From assembly GCF_037042905.1 (NCBI RefSeq), contig NC_087251.1, positions 17,176,001-17,240,000 on the forward strand: a stretch of 64,000 nt of DNA. Direction: 5' to 3'. Position 1 is the first letter of the stretch. Every line of letters starts with the position of its first letter. The notes under the pieces were generated by a model, which saw only the letters and a program-made list of their open reading frames with translations, did not search any database and had not been told where the DNA came from. The translations under genes and the position numbers were made by a program. Shown piece after piece: positions 1 through 12,563 of this stretch. Source of the stretch: Lytechinus pictus (taxonomy: Eukaryota).

Positions 1-122
1 ATTCCAATTTCAAAAGTATTTTGACTGCTATATGTATATCATTTTTGAATGATTGATTTTTTTTAAATATTCTTGATGAAAATTTGAATTCAACTGTTTA
101 TCAGATTTAGTAGCCTCTGTTA

Positions 123-2436
123 TACCTCGGTCACATTTGCTCTATGGCGGCCATACGGCAAGTCGAAAACAGCCGTTTTATTCATTTTATTCCAATCACC
201 TATGTAGCTGATACAAAAAATGTTAAAACGGCTGTTTTCGACTCGCCGTATGGTGATTCCATACGTGTCATTTAGAGAAAATTTGACAGTTTTTTGACAA
301 GAAAAAGAAAAAATATTCCAGTAACTAAAGGTGATCATCAAGTACTACCAGAGTGTTAGGAAAACCAAGACTTAACATGACTTGAATTCACATCCTGTAT
401 AATACAGATCGATCTAAAATAGTAATGTGTCGTACGGACGCAGAAAAAGTGGCTTTTTTAGAAACCTCAAGTTTGTACACTAAAGTCTGTGAGTTGGACA
501 GATAATTTTCATAGAAACTGAACTCAAATTGATATTCAATTACCCAAGAACAAACACATCTATGAAAGAAAGCAAAATAAACATTCATGAATAAATAAAG
601 CAAATTATCATTTTTGAGAACATTGTGGCGTACGGGACACTCAAAATGTGTCGAACGGGACATCTCTAAATTGAAGCCAAACTTTCTTACTTTATGTCTC
701 TTTGACTTCTTCAATCACTTTATTTGGCTGATGATAATGATAATCATATCAAACTAAAGACATTCATTATGTTAGAAACCGCTATTGGCTGAATATTTCT
801 GTCAATATATCATAAACAAAATAATGTGTCGTACGGGACACTTGTGTGTTGAACATGCACTTGCGTGTTGTACTGGACAGCCTGAATAAAACAATGAACT
901 TTTTATCAATCAGAAGGGGAGCATTGCCCCTAAATTATTCCTTTTTAACGAAAAGCGTTTTAATAAGTAGTCATTCAGGAAAATATAATTAAGTAACCTC
1001 AATATATACAATCGGGAGCAATATATTATCATTTTTTTCATGACGGGAATGTACAATGGTTCACATCATTTTTACGAGCTGAAAAACTTGAGGTTTTGTG
1101 TGAAGTTGTATTTTAGTGAATTGTTGATTTCTAATACACTATTTAAACAATGAATGAATGAAACTGTTTGTGTAAATTATGGGGCTAAAATGTTATGATT
1201 TTTCATATATATACATGATATATGTCACAACTGTCACTTGTAATTCCACAAAATATTTTTTTTTCTAAAGAAATGCGATTCTACTTTTTCTAACCTTTCT
1301 GCATTTCATGAAACCATATGGTTTGTCTTATTTTCCAGATTTTTTTTTGAACAACACGGTTTGTCTTATTTTCCAGTTTTTTTTTTTACAACTTGAAAAA
1401 AGTAAGGAGTTTCAATATGGAATATAAAAAAAAATTAGTGAGCATCAAGGGAAGTCCAAATAGATGATTGATATGTAAATATTTTTTTTTTACATCTTAT
1501 AATAATTTCACATTAGCATGCAAGAGGAAGTACACTTCCAGGCTAGGGTGAATCAATTATAAAGGTTTTCTTTTCATGCTCAATGACAAAGAAATTAACC
1601 TGCTCTGACCAGTGAAAATCACCAGTTTAGCTGAATGGATTCACAAAAGAATACGCCTACATGAAGTCAATTAAAATGGTTAGAATCACCTATTTCATGT
1701 TCCATGGATATAAAAAAGTACTTTTACAGTTCACTTTATGTCAAATCAATTACTTAAATTAAAATAGGCTTACTATTTATAGTTTCTGAATCCAAATCTT
1801 GCAATCAAATGCAGTACATGTATATATTGTGTGTCGTACGGGAAATGTCCCGTACGACACACACTGTGTTGTACGGGACAACTTTTAACAGGACAATTAT
1901 TGAAAAATGAATGGCAGTAATTAGATCCTTTATGGGATAAATCGATCACCCATGGGTCAAAGATAGAGAAACTGATATTGTGAAATTGCATCATCAAAAA
2001 TACAATTGTAGGAAAAACTTTTGCATTTTCATGTGTCGTACGGGACATTGCCAAAAATAGGTTCGGAAAAATCAGGGCTGCCCCTATTATGGATCATGAA
2101 AATGTTGTAAATATTATTTGGAACCATCAATGATACATTATTCCATTGACCTGCAATATTTTCAATCTTCTCGTGCTTTGCCAATAATCGTTTCAAGCAG
2201 TGTTTGTACTTGACTATTTAATTAGCAAAATTATTGAAAATTGGAAATTCCATTGTTTCCCCCCCAAAAAAAAAATCTGACTTCACTTTTGGTTAGAACT
2301 CGTAATTTCTATAAAATTTAGGTATCATCGTAAAATATTACACTACTTATGACTTATTGAAAGCATGTTGAAATTTATGATATTTTTGAAGTTCTAGTGT
2401 GGAATCGCCCCGTAGAGCAAATGTGACCGATGTATT
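123..2436. mobile_element. Palindromic MITE interrupted by a ~2.15 kb insertion
   Basis: The left end TCGGTCACATTTGCTCTA (127-144) is the reverse complement of TAGAGCAAATGTGACCGA (2413-2430). Internal inverted repeat GTCGAAAACAGCCGTTTTA / TAAAACGGCTGTTTTCGAC. Confidence 0.75.
252..2410. mobile_element. Non-autonomous DNA transposon with GG(T/C)GATTCCA termini and dispersed TGTGTCGTACGGGACA motifs
   Basis: GGTGATTCCATAC at the start and GTGTGGAATCGCCC at the end. Motif copies near 427, 625, 647, 825, 1830, 1846 (inverted), 1866 and 2033. Confidence 0.7.
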
Positions 2437-3589
2437 AGTAATAGTTTTATTTCTCTTATTAGACACCCCTTGAAACACTTCATTAGGCCTATATCCTGAT
2501 ATTTCCATCCCTTTCCCTGCATGAGAAATGGATATGCCTATATATTATAAATGAGATTACAATTCAATTGTAAAAATTTCCAATAAAAATCAGATTTTCC
2601 CCTAAAAATCAGATTTTAGATCATTCTGATTTGTTTAGTCTGACAATGAATTCAAACTTAGAAAACGAATGATCCTTGGACAAAATTTTATTTAGAAAAT
2701 TGATACACTGTACACGCTTTAAGCCCATGAAGACTTGAACTATTTGATATTCACAAAAATCATGAACTTATGACCCAGCGGTTTACTCATTCAGCCAAAA
2801 GGGCTTCACTGCCAATTTAAAAACTGCAATTAGTAGATGCCAATGAGGCAGTAAGCTTCAAACAGAAACGGATGCCAACTAAAAAACTTTTCACAAGGCC
2901 TGTTTGAAAATCCCTTCAAATTTCCTGCATATGTTGATGCATGAAAAGGGCTGTTTCAACCACAAATCCATCCTGGTTATTCATTCTCTAGACATTAGTG
3001 ACACGAAAGATCCTTCTCATAGTACTTATTATAGGGTACTTACTAAACATAGCAGCACATTGTACACAAAAAGAAAGTACATGAGTAACCATATAGTAAT
3101 GTAAAAGTAAAAAAAACTTCACATCACTTTGTTAGAGACAACATTTATTTATAACAAATGGAAAATTCTACTTGTACTATGACATTAAGTATTTTTTTTA
3201 CCTCATTGACCTATACAATACAAATTTCTTTTTAAGAGGCAAGACAACTAAACTTAACATAAACTTAAAAATTTAATAGAAAATCTGAGAAGCATAAAGA
3301 CAAATTTTGAACAAATTCAGAAAAGAAATAAGAAAGACACAATATTGTAAAGGTTGTACTGTAAAATGCACATTGGGATTTCAAACTGGCAATATGGGTA
3401 ATATCAGTGGGATCAAGTTGATTGTGACGAACAAGTACATGTAGGGGAGAGAAAAGACACCTCCAGTCCTCCACTTTCTCAAAAATACAAAATGACAATT
3501 ATGCCATACATTTCAGAATTATATTTTCTTAAATGATGACATTTGAATATGCCATGTTATTACCACCCATATGAAAAATAATTATTTAA

Positions 3590-4720
3590 AAGGGTAAGTC
3601 CACCACAACAAAATATTGATTTCAATAAGAAAACAAAATAAAACAAGCACAACAGCGCAATTTTCATAAAAATTTGATGTACAGGTAAGAAAATTTAAGT
3701 CATTTTAAAGTTTAACTTTTGCTTAATCTCTCAAAACAGTTACTTGTATATGACATCTGACATCACCCACTCAATATTTCTTTTGTATTTTATTATATGA
3801 AATAGTTTTTATTTTCTCCCCATTGTTACATGTAAAAAGTTTCATTAATCCATGAACATGATGAATTACCATTGTTTGAACACCTATGGTTCAATCTTAA
3901 AGGGATGGGCCAGGCTGAAAATATATATCTTAATACAAAGAGTAGAATTCACTGAGCAAAATGCCGAAAATTTCATCAGAATCGGATAACAAATAATACA
4001 GTTATTGAAGTTTAAATTTTAGCAATATTTTGTGAAAACATTCGTCATGAATATTCATTAGGTGGGTTGATGATGTCACATCCCCACTTTCCGTTTTCTT
4101 ATGTTATTACATAAAATCATATTTTTTCCATTATTTCATACTTGTGTAAATAATATGTCTCCCTTATAATGAAATAAGTTGCAGCAATAAATATCTAATG
4201 CACTAAATCAGTTGTCAATCCAATTTTTCTAGTTCTTGGAGGAAAAAATTTGAATAAACCTAATTTCATAAAATAAAATACAAAAGAACAAGTGGGGATG
4301 TGACATCATCAGCCCAGCTAATGAATATTCATGACGACTGTTTTCACAAAATATTGCTAAACTTTAATATTCAATAACTTTGTTATTTGTTATCCGATTT
4401 TAATGAAATTTTCGGCATTTTGCTCAGTGAATTCTACTCTATTTATTAAGCTAAAAATACTTTCAGCCCGGACCATCCCTTTAAGGATTCTTATTGTCAA
4501 ATCTGTAAAAAAAAAATGTAATTGCATCACTGCATCATTCAAATTTGTGAGTGACATCAGTGACTCTTCCATTTGCACAGAAATTATAAATGTTCCATGC
4601 AAAATACGAAAGACATTAAAATAACAAATTTTCTCATTTTACATCCGATATTAAAAGAAAAGATTCAATTATGCTTGTTTATTTTTACTTGTTTCAAATC
4701 TACTTTTTCTAGGTGGAATT
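3590..4720. mobile_element. Older related TTAA-type MITE hosting the 3901-4480 element
   Basis: AAGGGTAAGTCCACC start and degenerate ..TAGGTGGAATTG end; shares TGACATCA motifs with the inner element. Confidence 0.55.
3901..4480. mobile_element. Young foldback MITE with TTAA TSD (Kolobok-like AG/CT termini)
   Basis: TTAA|AGGGATGG...CCATCCCT|TTAA with long inverted arms. Related copies at ~57341-57930 and ~45298-45360. Confidence 0.88.
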
Positions 4721-5709
4721 GAGTTTTATGACATGACATGGTTGGCTTTTGTTGTGATTTCCATTAACATTTTAATGTATATATCTGCATGATGTCTGCT
4801 TTGCATTTTATGAATTAATAATAAATTGAATAATTGAATAAAAATTGAAGTTTGACCTTCTGTCTTCTTGTCAGGCTCTCGACTCTTAGGGTATAATGGT
4901 AAAATAATATAACAGGGCTACCTTGGGCAAATAAAAGTTCATTTATTGTGCAATATCTGTATTGTGGACTACATATTCAATGCATCCTTTATAATTGACA
5001 GTATGCAGTATACAGCAGCATTATTGAAATATGGGTCTCAGAGTGACCTAGTTTTAAAAGCTGCCTTTAGCTTTGGTAAAGGGTCCTTAATGTGAACTAC
5101 AGGTATACTCAACTCTCATCAAACAGTACTATATTGCAAAAGCGTAGTAGCCATTGAATGCATTTTTTTATCCATCAAAATTTAAATATGGCATTTTTTG
5201 GGGGGCTGTCGGGGTTTAAATCTAAGTCTAGCTCCCTCTCTTGGTCATGTATCTTTATTGAAAATTGCTGTTTCAAGCACATACTTCACATATTCAGTAC
5301 AGTGTAATTGAATATTACAAAGCAACTGTCATACATTGTAAATTACTGGTATTGTGAAATTTTCAGCCCATTTCACGCTTGAGAAAATGTTTTATATAAA
5401 CAAGACAAAAATATGCAGATATGATGTACATGTACCCAATCAAATTAAAATCTGATGTAAAATCAGTAAATTTATTGAATAATACACATTTTTGGTTTAT
5501 ATCCTTTTTAACATCACATCCATTTTAGGGCATATGCATGCACAAAATCTAAATCTGTAAAAACTACCAAAACTGTAAAAGCTACATCTAGTATATTGAG
5601 TTTATAGACGATGTATATTTTCTACATTTAGATGTGCTTTCAAAGTAACATGGAAGTACAGATGCTGGATCTCTCCCAGGCACAACATTTTTTTGTTTAT
5701 AAATATGCA

Positions 5710-6440
5710 AGCTCAGTCGGTAGAGCGGGGGTTTCGGATTCTGGTGACCCGGGTTCGGTTCCCAAGTGGTGTGCTAGTGCCCCGGGGGGGGCACTCGACC
5801 AAAAAAGTGGTAGGGGTGTGCCGCGGGCGAGGCAAAAAACGGGGGCCTTGGAGCGGGCTTATTGTAAAAAGGAGGGTCCTCGGAACGGGCTTCGGAACTA
5901 CAAATGTTTGTGAAAACGGGGGTCCTCGGAACGGATCTCCGTATCTCTGTGAGTGCGTATATGCATCCCTATGGAACGGGCAATCGTGCATGACGCAGCT
6001 AGCGCGGCCTCCGCCGGGTATTAGGCGATGGTCGAAAAGCGCTCTACGGCCGCTTTTCACCAAAATTGCAGCTCTTTGTAGCAGATCAATGCGACCGGAA
6101 CGGCGTAACGAAAAATATGCGAAGCTTTGGAACGGATTTCTTTCTTCTTTTTTCTCGATAAGAAGGAAATGCTATGCCTTGGAGCGGCTTTCTTTGTTCT
6201 TTTTCTTAAAAAGACAAAAATGCTATGCCTTGGAACGGAAATTTGAGTGTAAAAATGGGGGTCCCCTCCGCGGCACATACCCACTATGCATTATATACTG
6301 AGTGCCCCCCCCGGGGCTAGTGCCCTTTGGTAAGGCATTTATCCTCATTACCAGGTCCCTCGGAGAGGACCTTAAGCCCTCCGTCCCCTGGTTGCTTGCT
6401 CACAGGCATTTGTGCTTTCTTAGCAGTCAGGTAAAAAACC
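5710..6440 (+). mobile_element. tRNA-derived SINE split by a DNA transposon insertion
   Basis: A box AGCTCAGTCGG and B box GGTTCGGTTCC. The body resumes after 6323 (CCTTTGGTAAGGCATTTATCC...), resembling the SINE at 24005-24356. Confidence 0.75.
5781..6315. mobile_element. GC-rich MITE with CCCGGGGGGGGCACTC TIRs
   Basis: TIRs at both ends. GCTAGTGC is duplicated at 5773-5780 and 6316-6323 (8-bp TSD, or 6 bp if the TIR is extended by one base). Internal GG(A)ACGG repeats. Confidence 0.88.
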
Positions 6441-6584
6441 TCGGTATGAAATGTTAAGCTATTTGACATGTAACTGAACTGTTACAGTACCTCTCAGGGA
6501 CAAACTTAAAATAATGGATCTACACTCAGCCAAAAGAGGGCAGTATTTCACTTCTGAAATAGGATCTCACCGAATGGTATTCGA

Positions 6585-6745
6585 CATGGATGAATGGATG
6601 GATGGACATACGGACAGCTGGATTGTATCATCCATTCATTCATTAATTCATTTATTTATTCATTCATTCATTCACTCATTCACTCACTCACTCATTCATT
6701 CACTGACACATTCATCCATCCATTCATTCATTCATTTATTCAATT
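6585..6745. repeat. (ATGG)n/(TTCA)n microsatellite
   Basis: Directly visible tetranucleotide repeats. Confidence 0.9.
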
Positions 6746-7973
6746 TGTTTAGTTTTATTTCAGCATGTTAGCCCCATCAGTAATTGACATACTGTTTTAC
6801 ATGGGGGCCCTGTACAAATACGTACATTTATACTTGTAAAAAGATTTAAATAGAGCTACAATGTACAGAAGATACTATAAGTAAGTTGCAAGTTCTGCTA
6901 GTCAAACTTATATATAAAACAAATATTGAAAGAAAAATCATTGCATCATACTAACAGAATGTTTTAAAGTAGACACCTGAAGATTCAATAGTATTTAATA
7001 ATGATTATTATTTTTTTAATCATTGTAATGTATTACTCATCAGATAAATAACTTCCCTTTTCAAAAAAGTGAATGAGGCTTGCAGGAATCAACCCTAAAA
7101 ATGATATATTTTCAGGCCATACATGTCTGCCTTGATAGGTCCTCCATCCTGCTACTATAGGAGTGACGTCATACCCCCTACACAGCTGACAGCACATGTA
7201 CATGTATCATTCACTTTTCGCGTCTTATCTCAAGCATTGTCCGTATGACAGGGTGTCCAAACTTCGGACATATAAAGAATATTCATAAGGCTAATTCAAT
7301 CACAAAATATTTACATTTTATAAAAATAAAAAAAATTCAAATAATAGCTACCAAATTGACAGCAAGAACATAAGCTAAAAAATATTGATGAAAAGTAGGT
7401 CAAGGGGTTTCGCCTGTATCGCAATCTCAAAATACTATTCCAATGGATGGGTAAATGTGATGGAAAATTGTTCTGAAAAAGTTTGATCCAACTTCGCAGA
7501 CAAATGTTTTGTGGAGATTTAAACAAAAAGTCATGCTCAGAAGGTGAAATAATCATATCAAACTGCAAAGTGTTATAGAATTTGTCTGCTAGTACCACAT
7601 TTTACTCACATTTTTTATGATTTCTGCTGGCAAAACATTGATTTCCTGTTGTTTGTTGAAGTTCAGATTTTTTTTTAACAGGCATTAACGGTCACAAATT
7701 TGCCATATTGCCAGAAAGTGATTTAATGGCAATGATGGAGAAGTACAGGGAAACTTGAAGTGAGGAGAATTAAGAAGAGTAAGAACATGTACCTGTCATC
7801 TCGCGGATGATGAATAAGATCTAACACCGCAGCAACAGCTCCCCTGCAGTGCCACTGCAACTGCCAGCGTACAGGCCTGGCAATAGCTTGGGTTTTTTCA
7901 ACACTTTTTTCAAACACTTCACTGTACTGGTGCAAAATAACAGTCCAAGCTCAGTCTTTATAGTTTATAATTA

Positions 7974-8932
7974 AACAAGTGGAATGCCTCTGGCCGTCTC
8001 ACCTGCATCACGCGATTCAATATAGCAGCAGTGCTGATTTTGAAAACTACTATAACTCGCACAAGATGTTCAGTGATACTTGGTTACTCTTATTTCCACG
8101 TTTTATGAACTAGACCAATACACTTATAGAGATATGATGGCAATTCAACAAATACCCCCAACATGGCCAAAGTTCTTTGACCTTAACATGACCTTTGACC
8201 TTGATCATGTGACCTGAAACTTGCACAGGATGTTCAGTGATACTTGATTACTATTATGTCCAAGTTTTATGAACTAGACCAACACACTTTCAAATTTATG
8301 GCTGTAATTCAACAAATACCCCAATTTGGCCAAAGTTCATTGACCCTAAATGACCTTTGACCTTGATCGTGTGACCTGAAACTTGCACAGGATGTTCAGT
8401 AATACTTGATTACTATTATGTCCAAGTTTCATGAATCAGATCCATAAACTTTCAAAGTTATGATGGTAATTCAACAGATACCCCCAATTCGGCCAAAGTT
8501 CATTGACCCTAAATGACTATTGACCTTGGTCATGTGATGTGAAACTCAAGCAGGATGTTCATTGATACTTGATTAACCTTATGTATAAGTTTCATGAACT
8601 AGGTCCATATATTTTCTAAGTTATGATGACATTTCAAAAACTTAACCTTAGGTTAAGATTTTGATGTTGATTCCCCCAACATGGTCTAAGTTCATTGACC
8701 CTAAATGACCTTTGACCTTGGTCATGTGACATGAAACTCAGGCAGGATGTTCAGTAATACTTGATTAACCTTATGGCCAAGTTTCATGAACTAGGTCCAT
8801 ATACTTTCTAAGTTATGCTGTCATTTCAAAAACTTAACCTCAGGTTAAGATTTGGTGTTGACGCCGCCGCCGCCGCCGCCGCCGTCGGAAAAGCGGCGCC
8901 TATAGTCTCACTCTGCTATGCAGGTGAGACAA
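7974..8932 (+). mobile_element. Helentron-associated (HINE/DINE/pearl-like) non-autonomous element with an internal ~130-180 bp tandem array
   Basis: AACAAG start; subterminal inverted repeat GTCTCACCTGCA / TGCAGGTGAGAC; repeated TGACCTTTGACCTTGxTCATGTGACxTGAAACT units; (GCC)n microsatellite and a 3' hairpin. Confidence 0.75.
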
Positions 8933-10372
8933 TAAAACCAACAAAATAACACAAATAGGCCTACTGTTCATTACAGTGTTTGAAGATGTCGAAACATCCA
9001 ATTACATGGAAGAAAAAATAAAAATCTGAAGAAAAAACAAATCAGTAAGGGGAATGGATGCAATCCGATGCATGCATACGCATGGAGTAGGATGGTGGTG
9101 TACTGTGTGAAGTCATCATTGAGACTGTTTTGCGATCGCTCATTGTCTGTATTCATGATCAATCGAGAAGGGCCTCTAATAATTGCATTTGCTACATTTT
9201 CATGAATTCTACATGTATGAGACTTTGTAGTGACATATTTGTGTTTAATAAGACAAGACCTTTCCATCGATATATAGACCCATTTTAATGGTGATCAATA
9301 TTTCACGGCATTACAATTTTTTTTAAGCCGAGTTGTCTTAAAACCAAAAGTGAAGGAACATCAATGGACATAAGCAAATCTTTGAAAATAAACTACATCT
9401 AATATTTATTACATATAAGAATGTTTAATGCAAATCATGCAAATAAAACAAGATTAAAGATGTAAATGAATGCAAGTGCAATTCCTCTTTCCAAGGAGTT
9501 AGTTTTGAAACAATTTTCATTTGAAATTAGTGGTGGACAGAAGCAGTGTTTTTCATGAGTGGCGGTAGGAAATCTTGTGCCGGTTGGGCCTGACCACTAC
9601 CGTCCACTGTAGCTATAACACTAAATTGTCGATAATTAACACTTACATGTATCGTGAATTTTCTTCAATTGGCTACTTTAACATTTAATTTGCAATATTT
9701 ATGATTCATAATGAATATTTTGTTTACAAAGTACCGTATACCATTGTGAAATATTTGGTATTCAGTGGGGTATTGTTGTCTTATATGATATGCATGATGA
9801 TGCTGATGACAATGATGATGAAAATGATGATGATAATTATGATAATGATGATGATAATGGTAGATAATTGGAGAGAGTGTCCAATGGGAGAGTCTCCAAT
9901 ATTGATCGTGTGCCTCAACTGGTAACTGTGATGTGATACCAACTAGTTTAATAGCATTTTTACCTGCATCTGAAATCATGATCTAACCTGTGTCTGCTTA
10001 ACTTATTTTACAAAATTTTGCAAAACTATCAGATGAGAAATAATGTCTTACATTTTTATGACATTTATTTAGCCTAGGGCGCACTTGTCGATCAGCATTG
10101 AATTTTGAGATCGCGATACCAGTGAAACCCATTGACTTTAATACCATATAGCTATTTTGATTCTAGGATCTTGCTGTCCAATTTTAGTTTTCATAACTTA
10201 GGTTGATATTTTGTGAACTATGAGTAATCTTTGACTAAGTATCACCTCTGTGATAATCTTTGAAATATGTGCAACTTATGGTCACCCAAGTTAAAACATA
10301 TTAAGTCCCAACATGCTTCTCCAAGACATGGGCATGTCATGGTAATTTTTTGGACAACCATACAGGGCATTT

Positions 10373-11756
10373 CAGGCCTCTCGATTAACTTTAATTTTTG
10401 GAAGTCAGCCGGGCACCCTGGACTGAACTTTAGGTGGTCAAATGGCAATTTAGGTGGTCATCACATGCATATTGAAAATATTGTATCATGACAAATTGTA
10501 AAGTGTATCAACTCTGTATGTGTAAGTTTGCTGCGAAACACTACATTACTGGTGGAACCTTTCTGTGGATTAAAAAGGACAAACTCAAGCCTTTGTTTCA
10601 AAGAAGATAAAAAATTAATTACTCATGATCCTTTTCACACCTCTGTGTGTAACTGTCTCTCTCTGTCCCTTTCTCTCTGTCACTCTCTCTAAGGTAAACT
10701 CTGAGTCTCTGTGCTTAATTTGTTTTCTTTAAATGCATGATATCCTGTACTCATAGTTTGTTTTTGGATATCATATTAGTATTTTAATTTTGCATTGTGT
10801 AATTATGTAATTATTTGATGATTATGTAATGTTTATATTTTTTATTTGTAAAAAATTCCACAATTCAGCATCTGGCTGCGTAAGAATTTATAACAACTTT
10901 TTATGAAATGGGCCCCAGAAGTATACATCACAGAAAGAGTGGGAACAAAACCACAAGTGGCTTGGATGAGGCAAAACATAAACAAGTGATCATGTCGTTG
11001 TCCATTCCCCAACATCACAAAATGTGTCCTCAATCACCAAATTACACACAACAAGCTCACCACACGTTGAATTTGATACTATAATGAAAGGACTTAACTT
11101 TATTGAAGTTCAATGGGCTGATCGATGACCGGATACGCCGGCCGTCGATCGGCCCATGAAAGTCATGCGCTAGTGCCGAACTGTCAGTGGGTTGATCAAC
11201 GTACATGCTGCAAAATAATGAAGGGTATTGAATATGCGGTCATATTGAGAGCGTACGGTAGTGCCGCACAATACCTAGGTGGTGGGATAACCAGTCTGTT
11301 GAATGATACCATATACCTCGGCATAAGAGTGTGTGCATCATACACACAAAATTTACAAAACTAGGTACCAGTTTTGCTCAGTGCGTGCATGCACTTTCAA
11401 TCACGGGAGTGAGATTGATTGCATGCGTGGGACTAGACCAAGCGTGACTGTCTTTGATACGCAATGTGGATCGAATCTACAACGGAGTCGGGGAGAATTG
11501 TAAAAAAAATGGAATAATCAGTGCAGAATTCGTCTAAACAGATTTCAAAATTTCTAAACGTAAGCAACAAAATATAAGTTTAAATGCTCTGCAAGAGAGA
11601 AGTTTCATTCGTTTTAGACCTACCGGTACTCATTTTTGGTTTTCTACATTTATTTTTTCTGGTGGTCAGCCCGGGCACTATTACCCGACTTTTAGGGTGC
11701 CTGCCGGAGCTTTAGGCGGTCAATGGCCCCCGGACCGCCACCAATTTCGAGCCCTG
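10373..11756. mobile_element. hAT-like non-autonomous element, CAGG..CCTG termini, 5-bp TSD
   Basis: CATTT|CAGGCCTCTCGATTAAC ... AATTTCGAGCCCTG|CATTT, with CAGCC(C)GGGCAC motifs near both ends. Confidence 0.6.
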
Positions 11757-12160
11757 CATTTGACGCACCCCTCAGGCATTTATTTTGACTGACAAACGGT
11801 GAAAATGACCCACACCTCTGTCACAATAATGACAGACATCCTCAGTAGCCTACATTGAAGTACAACAGAGTCAACATTTTGACGGACATACATGTATGAC
11901 ACACTTCTTAAAAATACAGAAATGATTTTAAATTGAGGCAGTCGTGAACTCTTTGCGGTAGCATTACTTACAGAGACTGACGCACTACTATCTGATGTAG
12001 TATAATATGATAATCATCTTATCTGCAACCTCAGGGCAAAAATGCAATTTTAAAATATTCATTTTCTCAAGACAACAAAATAGCTGATCAGTCATTTTGT
12101 GCGTTTTCCATCTTTTCCCACTGAAACACACATTCAGTATTATATGATACAATTTTTAGA

Positions 12161-12563
12161 GGCCGTTCTCATTACACTTTCTAAAACTACATGTAGTTTA
12201 CTGGAAACCGATTCAGGAAACCAGTTTGGAAGATCGCTTTGCTAGCGTTCCAACTTGATCACACGAAAGTGGTTTTAAAAATCACTTCACGTAAAGCGAT
12301 CTTGTTGCTATGGGGTGAAGCGTTTTGCGCAGTGTAGGCATTCTACACCTGTCGTGTGGAGTAGCGCGCTCAATATGTGCGAAGATCGCTTCCCGAAGAA
12401 TGGTTGTGTCCTCATTTACGCTTAAACCAGTTTAACGAAGCAAAACGATCTTGAAAACTACATCGCGAGGTGGTTTTCTGAACCGGTGTGGAAGATCGCT
12501 TCGACCGTTCTCACTAAACGTTAGTTTCCAGTAAACTAGTTTTAGGAAGGAAGTGAGAACAGT
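12161..12563. mobile_element. Palindromic MITE
   Basis: GTTCTCA...CTAAAACTA...AGTTTACTGGAAAC is inverted as GTTTCCAGTAAACTAGTTTTAG...TGAGAAC; GAAGATCGCTT repeats inside. Confidence 0.75.

Noticed and set aside
5710..5775. tRNA gene (also at 24285-24356)
   Set aside because: A and B boxes are present, but there is no convincing acceptor stem or poly-T terminator, and the sequence continues into a SINE body.
5632..6301. 202-aa ORF and overlapping ORFs
   Set aside because: They span a SINE head and a GC-rich MITE, show no recognisable domain, and are open only because of high GC content.
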